64,000 bases of DNA. Origin: an uncultured Methanoregulaceae archaeon. GTDB lineage: Archaea; Halobacteriota; Methanomicrobia; Methanomicrobiales; Methanospirillaceae. The stretch spans positions 160,001-224,000 of the forward strand of contig OY970061.1 of the NCBI GenBank assembly GCA_963705255.1. Reading direction: 5' to 3'. A program made the position numbers and the translations under genes. The notes under the pieces are model-generated. The model was not told the DNA's origin. It was given only the letters and a program-made list of their open reading frames with translations, and did not search any database. Below, one piece after another: positions 22,079-36,133 of this stretch. Position 1 is the first letter of the stretch. The number at the start of each line of letters is the position of its first letter.

Positions 22079-23227
22079 CTAACCCCGGTTCTCCGGACCA
22101 TCCGGGGGTTTCGTGGTTCCGGGCCCGCTCTTCAGCCACCCGTTCAGGATAATTCCGTCGATAACCGGATTCCCGTATAAATTACTGATGATTCCATGCA
22201 TGGGACGGACTGATCCATCCGTGGATTTCATGTGCATGCGGACCGGCCTGACGATCCCGGGGCTGCCCATACTGTCAGCAAGAACCCGTTTCAGGGCCGG
22301 GACCTCCTCTCCCGCCATCAGGTCAAAGATCGGTCTTCCCACAAGAACCTCTGAGTCGTATCCAAGGGTGCGGGCGATGGAAGGGCTCTCATTCCGGATT
22401 GTCCCGTCACTGTTCAGGATCGCAATGATATCTGAGGTCTCTTCAAGGAACGACCGGAAAAATTCCTCGTTCTGGCGTGACAGTTCTGCCGATCTCTTAT
22501 TCCCGGTGACATCCGTGATCGATATCGCGTACAATATGACCTCACCCTCCTGGTTGGTTATCGGATAGACCGACGTCTCAAACCAGCTGCCCCTGATCTC
22601 ATCCTCAAAATGTGACGGGGTTTTTGCGGTCGGGTTCATGTACCAGGCTGCCATCCGGGACGACAAAATCCCCTTCCCGACCAGGTCGGAAACATTGGTG
22701 CCGGCAAATTCGCCGACCTGTTTCCCTGCATAGGTTGCGAACGCTTTGTTCACCGCGAGGAACATGCCGTTTAGGTCGATGAGGAAGAGCATGTCGCCGG
22801 TTGCGTCGAGCAGCACGCGGGTGATCTCTTCACTGATCCGTATTGCATGTTCCATGGCGTGCTTGTACAGCGCCATCTCGATGGTTGTCCTGAGTTCCAT
22901 CTCCCGGAACGGCTTGAGGATATAGCCGAACGGTTCGGTGACCTTCGCTTTGGTAAGGATACTGTCATCGCTGTATGCCGTGAGATAGACGACGGGGATC
23001 CGGAACTCCCTCTTTATGATCCCGGCCGCTTCAACCCCGTTCATCTTTCCCGCGAGCATGATATCCATGAGGATCAGGTCCGGGTGCATCTCCCCGGCTT
23101 TCCGGACCGCCTGCTCACCGGTCATCGCTATCCCACAGACGGAATACCCCATCTCAGTGAGGCTTCTCCGGATATCCATCCCGGTTACTGCTTCATCTTC
23201 AACAATGAGGATCTTTGCGTCGCTCAC
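22079..23227 (-). CDS. Response regulator (REC) with two PAS domains
   Basis: ILIVEDE, PDLILMDIML, YLTAYSD, YILKPF followed by PAS repeats. Confidence 0.92.
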   Translation of the reverse strand: MSDAKILIVEDEAVTGMDIRRSLTEMGYSVCGIAMTGEQAVRKAGEMHPDLILMDIMLAGKMNGVEAAGIIKREFRIPVVYLTAYSDDSILTKAKVTEPFGYILKPFREMELRTTIEMALYKHAMEHAIRISEEITRVLLDATGDMLFLIDLNGMFLAVNKAFATYAGKQVGEFAGTNVSDLVGKGILSSRMAAWYMNPTAKTPSHFEDEIRGSWFETSVYPITNQEGEVILYAISITDVTGNKRSAELSRQNEEFFRSFLEETSDIIAILNSDGTIRNESPSIARTLGYDSEVLVGRPIFDLMAGEEVPALKRVLADSMGSPGIVRPVRMHMKSTDGSVRPMHGIISNLYGNPVIDGIILNGWLKSGPGTTKPPDGPENRG

Positions 23228-25267
23228 GCGCGATCCCCCCCTGCGGTTTCAACAGGAAATTCGACCCGGAATTCCGTCCCTTCCGTTCCATTCACGGCGA
23301 GGGTTCCCTGGACCTGGTCAACAAGGGAGATCACCAGCTGCATGCCCAGCGTTTCAGCGCGGTTCAGCTCGAACCCTGCCGGCAGCCCGATGCCGTTATC
23401 CCCAATGATAAGGGAATAATGGTCATCCTGCCGCCGCAGGCGGATGGATATCACGCCCGACCGGTCATCGGGGAACGCATATTTCAGTGAATTCGAGATG
23501 AGCTCGTTGATTATCAGGCTGACCGGGATCGCCTTGTGGATCGGGAGAAGGATATTGTCCGCCTGGACATCTATCCGGGCCTTTTCCGGCATGATGCTGT
23601 ACGATCGGAGGAGGTAATCCCCCATTTTCTTCAGGTAATCGCCAAAATTGATCTCGGCAAGGCTTTTTGACTGGTATAATTTCTCGTGGATGAGCGCAAT
23701 GGATGTTACCCGGTTCTGGCTCTCCAGGATCGCTTCCCTGCTCCTCGGATCCCTGATCGTCTTTGCCTGCAGGTTCAGGAGGCTTGAGATCACCTGCATA
23801 TTATTCTTTACCCGGTGGTGGATCTCTTTTAAGAGGATCTCCTTCTCATTCAGCGAAGCTGCGATCTCCTCCTGGAGGGTTTTTCGTTCGGCGATCTCCT
23901 CCTGGAGGTTCCGGGTCAGCTCACTGCAGCTCGGTCGTCCGTTCCTGGACTTTCTGTTCCAGCTCGAAGTAGGTCCTCTGCATGGCATCCTCTGCCCGTT
24001 TCCGGTCGGTGATATCCAGGAAACTCTCCAGGATATACGGATGTCCCGATACGGTGACCGGGACTACGGTTTTTAACACCGGTATCTTTTTCCCGTCGGC
24101 TTTCACCAGAATGCTCTCTACGTTTTCGGCTCTCTTCCTGAGATCAATAACCGGGCACCTGCCTTTTCTTCCATGGCAGATGGAATCTTCGCAGACCGCG
24201 CCGATAATTGCGCTCTTTTTTGTGCCGATCAGCCTCACTGCTGCAGGATTGGCATCTACGATCGTGCGGGTGTTCGGATCGATCATCACCAGGCCGGTCT
24301 GGACGGAATTGAATATTGTCTTGAGATACCGTTCACTGCCCTGTAATTCTTCTTCGGCTTTTTTCCGGTCAGTAACGTCCTCAAAGGTTTCCAGGGCGCC
24401 GATTACCTCCCCCTGTTCATCCCGTACCACAACCGCCGTGAAATGGAGCCAGGTACCGTTCTTTCCGATTTTTGGGAAAAAATCCGTTGCTTCATACGCC
24501 CCTTCGATATACCTGGATGAGCTGTACTTGTCCGGGTACCACGCGGGAATGTTATCGATCTCATTCTCCAGCAGCAGGTCTGCAAGGACCGGACGCTTCT
24601 GGTCATAGAACGCCTTCCATGCAAGGGTCGTCCCGCGGACGTCCCGGGCTTTTACCCCGGTGTATTTTTCGAGTGCCCTGTTCCAGTACATCACCTCGTG
24701 GTTCCGGTTGATCACGAACTGCGGGATGGAAGATCCGTCGATAATCGAGTGGAGCCGCTGCCCGCTGGCCCGGATCGCCTCTTCCATCTGTTTGCGTTCG
24801 GTGATGTCCCGGGCGATGGACAGCGACACCTGCCTGCCATGCAGTGCAAACAGGTGCGTGCTGATCTCGACCGGAAACTCTGTCCCGTCTTTCCGCCGGT
24901 GAATTGCGTCGAAGGTGGCATGCCCCCGGAGCCTGATTGTCCGGGCTATCGCAGGAATGTTTGGGGCGTGGACGGGCGAGACGATCTCGGAAGGCGATTT
25001 TGCGAGCAGTTCCTCCCGAGAATATCCGAGCCGGCTGCAGGCGATGTCATTCACCATGATGTACCGCCCGGGAGAGAAATCCGGCAGCATCTCGTGAAGG
25101 AATAGTGCATCGTTCGCATTCTCGAACAGGGCCCGGAACAGCGCCTCGTTCTCTCTCAGTGCATCGGACGGGCCTTCTTCCACGGAACTTCTGCTGCGGG
25201 GAAGGGAAGGGCCTGAGGACGAGGTCTGCCTTCCATCCCTGCAGTATGTATCCATTGAAAAACACAC
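23224..25267 (-). CDS. Multi-PAS sensor histidine kinase, HisKA_2/HWE type (frameshift near 23925)
   Basis: Three PAS domains; EIHHRVKNNMQ, INELISNSLKYAF, DNGIG, LGMQLV. Confidence 0.92.
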
Positions 25268-25406
25268 CCGATCTGTTGTATAAAATGCTGACTATCAATA
25301 GTAGATATATTCCACCTATAAAAACAATGACATTTATTTTCCATCCGGTAAAAAGCGGGGGGAAGGGCGTTGGCATGAATATACCGGCAGGAAGCCGGCC
25401 TGTTGT

Positions 25407-26213
25407 TCATCGCCCGCCATAGGACCTTATGTGCTTCCATGCCCGGTGATAGGGTTCATAGTCCTGATTATCCTCGTCGTATATCCCGGGATCCATCCTC
25501 CCGTACCGGATCCTGTCGTCGCCCACGGGACAGACTTTGATGCAGATCCCGCAGGGGGAAATGAAGCGCTTGGACAGCGCTTCGGACCGGGCTGCACAGG
25601 TCTTCTTGTCGATGAGGCCGTCCGGGTAGTCCCTGCCGCTGATGGCTTTCACGGGGCAGCTGTTCACGCACCTCATGCACCTGGTACACAACGGTCTCTC
25701 CAGGATCGGGTCCTCAGGGAGTTCGGCAGATGTGAATACCGAGGAGAAGCGGACCCTCGGCCCGAGTTGTGGCGTGAGGAGGGTATTGTTCACCCCGAAA
25801 TTCCCGAGGCCGGCGAGGTACGCGGCATGGCGGTGCGAGAAGAAGGCGACCGGCCTTTCCTTAAGGACGCCAATCGACCCGTACCCGTCCCGCGGGATCC
25901 ATACCGAGGGGTATCCTTCCGAGGTGAGGAAGGTCGCTATCCGGTACCCGTCCTGGTCGAGCAGGGCATTGACGGTCCGGTAGAGCTCATGGTAATGGAT
26001 AGAAGGAGTTGTCTCAATTATCGGCAGGCTGACCGGCATCCCGATGACAATGACGGTTTTCACTTCCGGGTAAATTGCCTTCGGTCGGAATTCTTCCGGC
26101 ACCCACGGCTCGAACAGGGGCACGTCCCAGCGCCCGGCCGAAGCAAAGCCCACCAGCGGGATGTCCAGACCCGTACATTTTTCAAGGATCTGCCGCTTCA
26201 GTTCACGGTTCAT
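25407..26213 (-). CDS. Epoxyqueuosine-reductase-like 4Fe-4S protein
   Basis: FSHRHAAYLAGLG, GPRVRF, CTRCMRCVNSCP, CGICIKVCP. Confidence 0.85.
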   Translation of the reverse strand: MNRELKRQILEKCTGLDIPLVGFASAGRWDVPLFEPWVPEEFRPKAIYPEVKTVIVIGMPVSLPIIETTPSIHYHELYRTVNALLDQDGYRIATFLTSEGYPSVWIPRDGYGSIGVLKERPVAFFSHRHAAYLAGLGNFGVNNTLLTPQLGPRVRFSSVFTSAELPEDPILERPLCTRCMRCVNSCPVKAISGRDYPDGLIDKKTCAARSEALSKRFISPCGICIKVCPVGDDRIRYGRMDPGIYDEDNQDYEPYHRAWKHIRSYGGR

Positions 26214-26382
26214 TGCCTGAGCATGGAACGGGCGGTGATAAATCGGTTTGGGGGATATGCGGCTACGGCCTGATCATCGTTGCGCCCTTTCGTTCTCTTC
26301 CGGCACATCCATGGTAAAACACCAGGAGGTGGGGGACAGACATCCCCGGTCCGGGTACCCGGGGACAGCGGCGCCGGTTTTT

Positions 26383-26799
26383 TCACTCACCGGACACGGT
26401 GCAGATGATGGTCCGTTCCCTTCCGGCGTTCACGTCGAGTTCGAGCAGCACGACCTGCTGCCATGTCCCGCACATCAGTCCGTCTTCGGAAAAAGGGAGT
26501 GTCAGCGAAGGGCCGATTATTGATGCTTTCACATGCGACCTGCCGTTACCGTCGCCCCACCGGGCGTTGTGGGCATAGTCTGCGTCATCCGGCGCAAGAA
26601 CGGAGAGTGCACGCCGGAGGTCTGACAGCACTCCCGGTTCGTACTCAATCGTGGTGAGGGCCGCGGTTGAATGCTGGACGAAGAGGTGGACGAGGCCGCT
26701 CTTCACACCGCTCTTCCGTATCGCTGTGCTCACATCCCGCGAGATGTCGATGATGTCGCCCTCGCGCGACGAGATAATCTTCAGGCTGGTCCGGTCCAT
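26383..26799 (-). CDS. YjbQ (UPF0047) family protein
   Basis: HSTAALTTIEYEP, NGRSHVKAS, GTWQQV. Confidence 0.93.
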   Translation of the reverse strand: MDRTSLKIISSREGDIIDISRDVSTAIRKSGVKSGLVHLFVQHSTAALTTIEYEPGVLSDLRRALSVLAPDDADYAHNARWGDGNGRSHVKASIIGPSLTLPFSEDGLMCGTWQQVVLLELDVNAGRERTIICTVSGE

Positions 26800-26920
26800 G
26801 GGTACACCGTATACCTGTCTCGTGCCTCGCGCTTTAAAACAATTCCTGATGTCGTTCGATTTTGAATTATCAGAGCAGTTTTCATAAATGGAAACGATGT
26901 GGTTATCATCTCCAGTCTAA

Positions 26921-27140
26921 TGAGGGTGACCCCCTCTCTCCCCCAGAGGGGGAGGCAACCCAAGGGGAGCACCCCCCTTGACCCCCACCCCCTCTTTGGA
27001 AAATTTTTTATTTTCCTTCTGAGTGACTATCCTATTTTGGGGGATGCCCACGCGGCGGGGGCGGAATCTGAAGGGTCCGTCAGGACCCTGAAGATGAGAA
27101 GAACTCATCAGAGTTCTTCGAAGCACCATGTGCTGGAGCC
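26921..27140 (-). repeat. Intergenic hairpin cluster sharing modules with the dispersed element
   Basis: Minus strand cttcgaagaactctgatgagttcttctcatct matches cttcgaagaactctgttcttctcatct at ~15203; further stems ctccccc-aga-gggggag and caagggg..ccccttg. Confidence 0.7.
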
Positions 27141-29744
27141 CCCAAGAGCGTAGACCTGTGAAATTGAGTAATATCTGGAAAAATAATTAGAACGATAATT
27201 CATGAACCAGATCTCCGGCTTGTCTTTTCTTGCTGGTCCTCCCTCTCCCCATATGAAAAGGAAACTATCCGGTCAGTGACCCCAGTTACTGACATCCAAA
27301 CGATAATCCCTAAGAAAAAAGTTATCCGGCAGGGGTCCCGCTCTCGGCAGGCATCTCGCCGTTCCCCGGATCCGCCGGTACGACGGCGATCCCGACGATC
27401 TTGTCATTCTCGTCGAGGCGCATGATCCTGACGCCTTTTGTCCCGCGTCCGATGATCCGGATCTCGCTGACCGGGGTCCGGATGACAACGCCCGACGCGG
27501 TCATGACAAAGATCTCGTCGGTCTCGGAGACGGCCCGCGACTCGATGACTACGGCGTCGCGTTCGAGCACCATGGTGCGGACTCCCTGCGTTGCCCGCCC
27601 GTGGCCGCGGAAGTCGTCGAACTCGGTCCGCTTCCCGAAGCCGACATCGGAGATGGTGAGGAGGGTGTGGTCGTTATCCACGAGGGTGATCGCGCAGACC
27701 GTGTCCTCCTTGACCCGGAACCGCATGCCGATAACCCCTGACGCGTTCCGTCCCACCACCCTGACGCTCTCTTCGTGAAAGCGGAGGCCGTACCCGAAGC
27801 GGGTGGAGAGGACCACCTCACGGGTGTTGTCGGTCGTGATGACGTCCACGAGCTGGTCGCCCTCCTTGAGCCGGATTGCGTTCGTGCCGGTAGACCGCGG
27901 GTTGGCGAACTCGTCCTGCGGCACCTTGATGACCTGCCCCTTCTTCGTGGCGAAGAGGAGGTACCGGTCCTTTCGGAACTCGCGGATGGGGATGACGGTC
28001 GTGATCACCTCGTCCTTCAGGTTGAGGAGGTTGACGATCGGCTTGCCCTTGGCAACGCGGGAACTCTCGGGGATCTGGTAGACCTTGAGCCAGTAGACCC
28101 GCCCGATGTTCGTGAAGCAGAGGAGATAGTCCTTCATCTCCGCGGCAAAGACCGAGCTCACGACATCGTCTTCCTTCGTGGTCATCCCGGTGACGCCGTG
28201 GCCGCCCCGCTTCTGTTTGCGGTAGGAGTCGAGGTCCATCCGCTTGATGTAGTTGGTCTTCGTGATCGAGACGAGAACGGTCTTGTCCTCGATGAGATCC
28301 TCGGTCGAGAGCTCGCTGGTGTCGAGGGCGATCTGGGTCCTCCGCTTGTCGCCGAACTTTGCCGCGATCTCGCCCGTCTCGCGCCGGATCTCGTCCCTGA
28401 TGTTCGCCTCGCTCGCAAGGATTGTCTCGAGCCGTCTGATCTCGGCCTCGAGCCCCTTCTTCTCATCCGTGATCTTCTGCTGCTCGAGGGCAGCGAGACG
28501 GCGGAGCTGCATCTGGAGGATCGCGTTCGCCTGCGGCTCGGTAAGGCCGAACCCGGCAATGAGCGCGAGCCGTGCGTTGTCCACGGTATCGGATCCCCGG
28601 ATAGCCGCAATGATCTTGTCGATCTTCGCGAGGGCGATGAGCAGCCCGTTCAGGATGTGGACCTTCTCCTGCGCCTTCCTGAGGTCGAACTCGGACCTGC
28701 GCCGGATCACCTCGATCCGGTGCTGGACGAAGTGGCCGAGGAGGGCGTGGAGGTTGAGGATCTTCGGCTGGCCGTCTACGATGGCGAGGTTGGATGCCCA
28801 GAAACTGGACTCGAGCGCGGTATTCTTGTAGAGGTTGTTCAGGATGACCGGCGACATCGTGCCCTTCCGGGAGCTCGAAGACGACCCGTATGCCCTCCTT
28901 GTCGGACTCGTCGCGGATGTCGGAGATACCGTCGATCCGCTTCTCCTTCACCATCTCGGCGATCCCGGTGATCCACTGGGCCTTGTTCACCTGGTACGGG
29001 AGCTCGGTGACGATGATCCGGTCGCCCCGGTTCCCGCCATCGTTCTCCTCGATCTCCGCGACCCCGCGGACGACCACGCGGCCCTGGCCGGTGGTATAGA
29101 TGTTCTTGACGCCCTCGACGCCCATCAGGATGCCGCCGGTCGGGAAGTCCGGGCCCGGCATGATCCGGAGGAGGTCCTCGACCGGGACCTCCGGGTTGTC
29201 GAGATAGGCCGAGACCGCCGTGCAGACCTCCCCGAGGTTGTGCGGGGGCATCTTCGTCGCCATGCCGACCGCGATCCCGTCCGTCCCGTTGACGAGCAGG
29301 TTCGGGATCTTTGCCGGGAGCACGGTGGGCTCCTGGAGCGACTCGTCGTAGTTCGGGATGAACTTCACGGTGTCCTTGTCGAGATCCTCGAGAAGCGCTT
29401 CCGCGTACGGGAAGAGCCGGACCTCGGTGTACCTGCTCGCTGCTGCGGTGTCGCCGTCCACGGAACCGAAGTTGCCCTGCCCCTGGACCAGCATGTGGCG
29501 GTACGAGAAGGGCTGGGCCATCTTGACAATCGTGTCGTAGATGGACGCGTCTCCGTGCGGGTGGTACTTACCCATCACGTCCCCGACCACCCTCGCGCTC
29601 TTCCTGGTGGGCTTGTCGCTCGTGTTGCCCATGTCCCACATGCCGTACAGCGAACGGCGATGAACGGGTTTGAGGCCGTCGCGGACATCGGGAATGGCAC
29701 GCTGGATGATGACCGACATCGCGTAGTTGATGAACGAGGTCTTC

Positions 29745-31931
<2,187 letters not shown>

Positions 31932-32013
31932 TTATCACAATAACTATTGGGTCCCGGATATTATAAAGAATACCGTCTGAAAAATGAGGTCTCTGGTTTA
32001 AAAAGGTAACGGC

Positions 32014-32322
32014 TTATTTGAACTCCCCGAATCCTGCATCGCTGATGCCGAGCTCGCGGTCGACCGCAACGACGAGCCTCCCGAGGGTGAAGCGCACCTC
32101 GCGGGCATCTTCTTTGTCCATCGTGCCCGGCTGGTGCCAGACCACTTTCTTGCGGAGCAGGGTCGTGAGCTCTTCCACATCTGTCCCTCTGAACTTCTCC
32201 GGCAGTACGAGCCCTTCGACATGGTCCCCCGCACCCGGCCAGGCCTGCTGGGGCGGGAGGGCAAAGTGCATCGCGATCAGCATGATGCTGGTGACAAACC
32301 CGTGACCGAACTGGTTCTCCAT
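32014..32322 (-). CDS. Hypothetical protein
   Basis: Clean ~102-aa ORF with host-like codon usage; no motif recognised. Confidence 0.65.
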   Translation of the reverse strand: MENQFGHGFVTSIMLIAMHFALPPQQAWPGAGDHVEGLVLPEKFRGTDVEELTTLLRKKVVWHQPGTMDKEDAREVRFTLGRLVVAVDRELGISDAGFGEFK

Positions 32323-32376
32323 GGAGAGAGATAGCGACGGGATCAAAAAAAGGTGCCGGTAGGGGAATTAGAGTCG

Positions 32377-32615
32377 AAAACCCTACTTTGACCGGGACCC
32401 GGGTTTTCTCAAATGTCTGAATTCATATTCAGACTCGTCAAGAAACGAATGTTTCTTGTAAGTCGTGTTAACACATCCGATTCCTGAATAAACCATGCGG
32501 CGTAATTTTTACGCCGCAGTCTCACATCTTCGATGTGGGACTTTCTCCGTCTCTTTTGAGGCTGCGAATGTCTCATATTGAGATGTGAGACACTGGCATT
32601 TGAAAAATGCCAGCT
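32377..32615. repeat. Tandem array of short DNA/RNA hairpins
   Basis: caagaaac-gaat-gtttcttg; gcggcgtaa-ttt-ttacgccgc; agtctcacatc-ttc-gatgtgggact; tgtctcatat-tgag-atgtgagaca; ctggcattt..aaatgccag. Confidence 0.7.
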
Positions 32616-32718
32616 GGTCAAATTGTTGTGTTCAACACTCTGTTCAGAAGAGCCGGATCGCAGCCAGCCAGACCGTCCCTGGGACCGTAACGACAACTAT
32701 CAGGGAAAAAGAGAATCC

Positions 32719-33141
32719 TCACTCTTCAAGAGTGATCGTTGTGAGCTTCACCGACTCGACCCCTTTCAGTGCCATCAGACGCTCTGCCAGATTCTTGAGC
32801 TGTGTTCCATCACCATGGACGAGGATCACTTCCAGACACCGGTTGTGGGTCACATGCGAATGGAGGGATGCCTTAATGATGGTATTATATTCGTGCTCGA
32901 TATCCGTGATCGTGGTCAGGAGGTTGCGCTGATCGTGATCATAGACCATCGTGATAACACCTTCCCTTTCCCCCTTGACATCCGACATCCACTTGTAATA
33001 GGTTATGTACGTGCGAATCGCATCGCGTATGCCTTCCGAGCGCGAAGAGTATCCACGGTAGTTGAGGATTTCATCAAACCTGTCGAGCAGGTTTTTTGGC
33101 AATGAGATACCAATACGGGAGAGGTCGTCATCTATGGTCAT
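32719..33141 (-). CDS. nikR: Nickel-responsive regulator NikR, copy 1
   Basis: RIGISLP ribbon-helix-helix, YSSRSEGIRDAIR, Ni ligands in DIEHEY and HSHVTHNRCLE. Confidence 0.95.
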   Translation of the reverse strand: MTIDDDLSRIGISLPKNLLDRFDEILNYRGYSSRSEGIRDAIRTYITYYKWMSDVKGEREGVITMVYDHDQRNLLTTITDIEHEYNTIIKASLHSHVTHNRCLEVILVHGDGTQLKNLAERLMALKGVESVKLTTITLEE

Positions 33142-33544
33142 GGTAGTATCAGTTATCAGAATATCATTGCTCATAGGTTTTTAAGTTATTGAGAAAAATA
33201 CGGTAGGAGTTGTACTCAGTACTACTTTTCAGGGGCGTCTTCAGGTTCAAATATAATAACCAATCCTTAATCTTACGTAAACGAGCTACACACATATCTA
33301 CGACTTCTCGACTCGTCGAAAATCGCGTTAGGATATATCCACTGAAAGTAACACAATAATAAATAATTTACACACCATTTCATACAAAAATAAAAAAGTA
33401 TAAGAACGTCCAACCCCCCATAGAGAATACAGGGTATATCTGGCTTACCAGTAAAACCCGCACTTTCGACAAGAGCGATAAAACCCGGTAACACTGCCGG
33501 GATCACAGGGGAAAATGATCCCGGCAGTATAAGGAGTTGATTTC

Positions 33545-33880
33545 ATGAAAACAGAACTTTATCATGGCGGGAGGAAGACTACCATTGACACCCGGTTTGA
33601 TGAGTGCCTCTATGCGGCACCGAGACCGGCAAAGGATTCTCCTGAAATTCAAATACAGGGAAAGGATCTCTATGTCCACACGGATCATGAAAAGCAGGTC
33701 ACATACTATCTTTATCTCTGGTCAACGAGCAGGACAATCAAGAACAAGATCATGCCGCTTTCACCGGCGACAGCAGAACGGTTCCTGAGGGGCAAGGGCC
33801 TGACCTGCAACCTGTTCCCGAAAAGCGATGCCATTGCCACGCTCTATAACTGGGGGTACGGTATAGCAGAAGAGTTCTGA
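33545..33880 (+). CDS. Hypothetical protein
   Basis: 111-aa ORF preceded by AAGGAG; no motif recognised. Confidence 0.7.
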   Translation: MKTELYHGGRKTTIDTRFDECLYAAPRPAKDSPEIQIQGKDLYVHTDHEKQVTYYLYLWSTSRTIKNKIMPLSPATAERFLRGKGLTCNLFPKSDAIATLYNWGYGIAEEF

Positions 33881-34189
33881 AATGTCACTCTATGCACATC
33901 CCTATTGCCTCTCTCTTTTTAACAATATCTTTTGTCGGGCGCCAGAGATTTTCGGGGATACTGTATCGGCGGCTTTTGCCAGAATCCCTGGCTGTATAAC
34001 AACCATGGATATTGTGAGTGATGTAAACACAATAAAAGCGCGATCCTTTCACCTAATGTCCTGCAATGTGTGATGACCGAGATGGTTGATTTTTTTTCAC
34101 CATTCCGAACGAATCTGTACGCCCATTTTAATGCAAATCTGAAAATAAATCAGACTCGATCATCAAAGAAAACATATTTATCATCAACC

Positions 34190-34217
34190 GTGCTACTGAA
34201 GAGTACAATTGTAATAA
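34190..34217 (+). promoter_or_regulatory. Candidate NikR operator GTGCTAC-N14-GTAATAA upstream of nikQ
   Basis: Imperfect spaced palindrome just downstream of a TATA-like atatttat; similar site upstream of nikM. Confidence 0.45.
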
Positions 34218-34292
34218 TCACGGAAGCTCCACGTTCCCTAGGATTTCACCCGCTGTTTTTGTCCGGCCGGTGCGAAATGGAATGGTACCCCC

Positions 34293-35234
34293 ATGATACC
34301 TGAATGGATGAAGGAGATCGAAATAGGCGCCTGCCCCTGCTGTACTGTCGGCATCAGTAAAAAGAAGGGTTTTGTCCAGAAAACGATCTCCGACATCTTC
34401 AGGTTCTTTGAAGAATGCCTCGTGAATGACAGCATAGCAAAACGCGACGGCCTGCTGCAGAGCCTTGACCCGAGAATAAAACTCATATCGATGGTCATCC
34501 TCATCTTTGCCGTGGCAATGACCCGCGACATCCGGCTGCTCGCAATCGTGTATGTGCTGACGCTTGTCTTCGCCTGGACAAGCAGGATAGAACTCGGATT
34601 CTTCATCAAGCGCGTCTGGGTGTTCATCCCTATCTTTGCGGGAATCATCATGATTCCGATCCTCTTTAACGTTTTTATGCCCGGTGATGCGCTGCTAACA
34701 ATTGCAACACTTGGCCCGGGTGTGCACCTTGGCCCGTTTGCGCTGCCGCCAGTCATTACCATCACTTGGCAGGGCGTGATGCTGGCACTACTCTTTGTGT
34801 TACGGGTTGCAACCTGCGTGTCTGCGGCCGTGCTTCTCTTCCTCACTACCCCCCGGGATCTCCTCTTCAAATCCCTTCGATCACTCAAAGTGCCAAAGGT
34901 CTATGTCCTCACGCTGGACATGTGCTACCGGTATATTTTCCTCTTTACCGAGGTAGTCAGGGATTTTTACACGGCAAAAAAAAGCAGGGCCCTCAAAACC
35001 CTGCCTTTGATCGAGGAACAGAAATGGGTGGGAGGCCGCGTCGGCTATACTCTTATAAAATCACTCAGCATGAGCGAGAAGGTGCACGGGGCCATGGTCT
35101 CGCGGGGATTCAACGGGGATATCAAGATCATGCACCGGTATTCAATACACCGGCGTGATTACGTGGCATGTGTGAGTGTGGTTGCGCTCAGCATCTTCCT
35201 GATGCTTGCGTCCCAGAACCTGATACGGATTTAA
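34293..35234 (+). CDS. cbiQ: Ni/Co ECF transporter T component NikQ/CbiQ
   Basis: LQSLDPRIKL, YRYIFLF, AMVSRGF. Confidence 0.92.
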   Translation: MIPEWMKEIEIGACPCCTVGISKKKGFVQKTISDIFRFFEECLVNDSIAKRDGLLQSLDPRIKLISMVILIFAVAMTRDIRLLAIVYVLTLVFAWTSRIELGFFIKRVWVFIPIFAGIIMIPILFNVFMPGDALLTIATLGPGVHLGPFALPPVITITWQGVMLALLFVLRVATCVSAAVLLFLTTPRDLLFKSLRSLKVPKVYVLTLDMCYRYIFLFTEVVRDFYTAKKSRALKTLPLIEEQKWVGGRVGYTLIKSLSMSEKVHGAMVSRGFNGDIKIMHRYSIHRRDYVACVSVVALSIFLMLASQNLIRI

Positions 35235-35255
35235 CGAGGATATACGAGGTACACG

Positions 35256-36100
35256 ATGGAAACAATATTCGATCTGCATGACGTATCCTACACGTACCTG
35301 AGACGGTTTGAAGCACTCAAAGGGGTGACCCTGTCATTCCATGCAGGAGAGCAGGTCGCCATCCTTGGAGCGAACGGAAGCGGCAAATCGACTCTTCTCT
35401 CGATCTTAAATGCACTGAATTACCCAACATCGGGAGAGTTTTATGCGTTTGGGACCTTGGTGAAGGAAGAGGTATTTGACACGCTTGAAGATAATGAGTT
35501 CAATCGTTTTTTCCGCAAAAAGGTGGGTTTTCTGTTCCAGAACCCGGACGTCCAGTTGTTCTCTTCAACGGTCTTTGACGAGATTGCCTTTGGTCCGCTC
35601 CAGCTTGATCTGCCTCCTGACGAAGTACAGAAGCGTACGGAAGAGGTTATCGCAATGCTGGGGATCGAAAACCTGAGGACCGGGCGCCGCACATGCTGAG
35701 CGGCGGCGAAAAAAAACAGGTCTGTATCGCATCGATCCTCTCGACAAATCCCGACGTCCTGCTCCTTGACGAACCCACCGGGGGTCTCGATCCCCGTAGC
35801 AAAGTCTGGCTGATTGATCTCATCCAGGATCTCTCGAAGTGCGGTAAGACCATTATTACGGCCACCCATGACATCGATATCGTTGAACAGATCAGCAACC
35901 GTGCAATTGTGGTCGGGGAAGATCATACGATAAAAGTGGATGCTGACTGCGCAAGCGTTATGGGCAACCTGGAGTTACTGATGTCTGCCAACCTCATCCA
36001 CCGGCACATGCACCGTCACGGCAGACTTCTCCATGAGCACCTTCATGCCGCTCAAACGGAGGAACATGATCATGTGCACGGGTCTCCGGTAGCTGAGTAG
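35256..36100 (+). CDS. cbiO: Ni/Co ECF transporter ATPase NikO/CbiO with His-rich tail (frameshift near 35680)
   Basis: GANGSGKST, FQNPDVQLF, LSGGEKK, LLDEPT; tail HRHMHRHGRLLHEHLH. Confidence 0.92.
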
Positions 36101-36133
36101 TTGATTATACCCCGCCTCTATAGATCATGGTTT

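Noticed and set aside
32640-32700. Cobalamin riboswitch (agccagccagaccgtcc resembles the 3' box)
   Set aside because: Conserved upstream core not recognisable, and no downstream gene in the matching orientation
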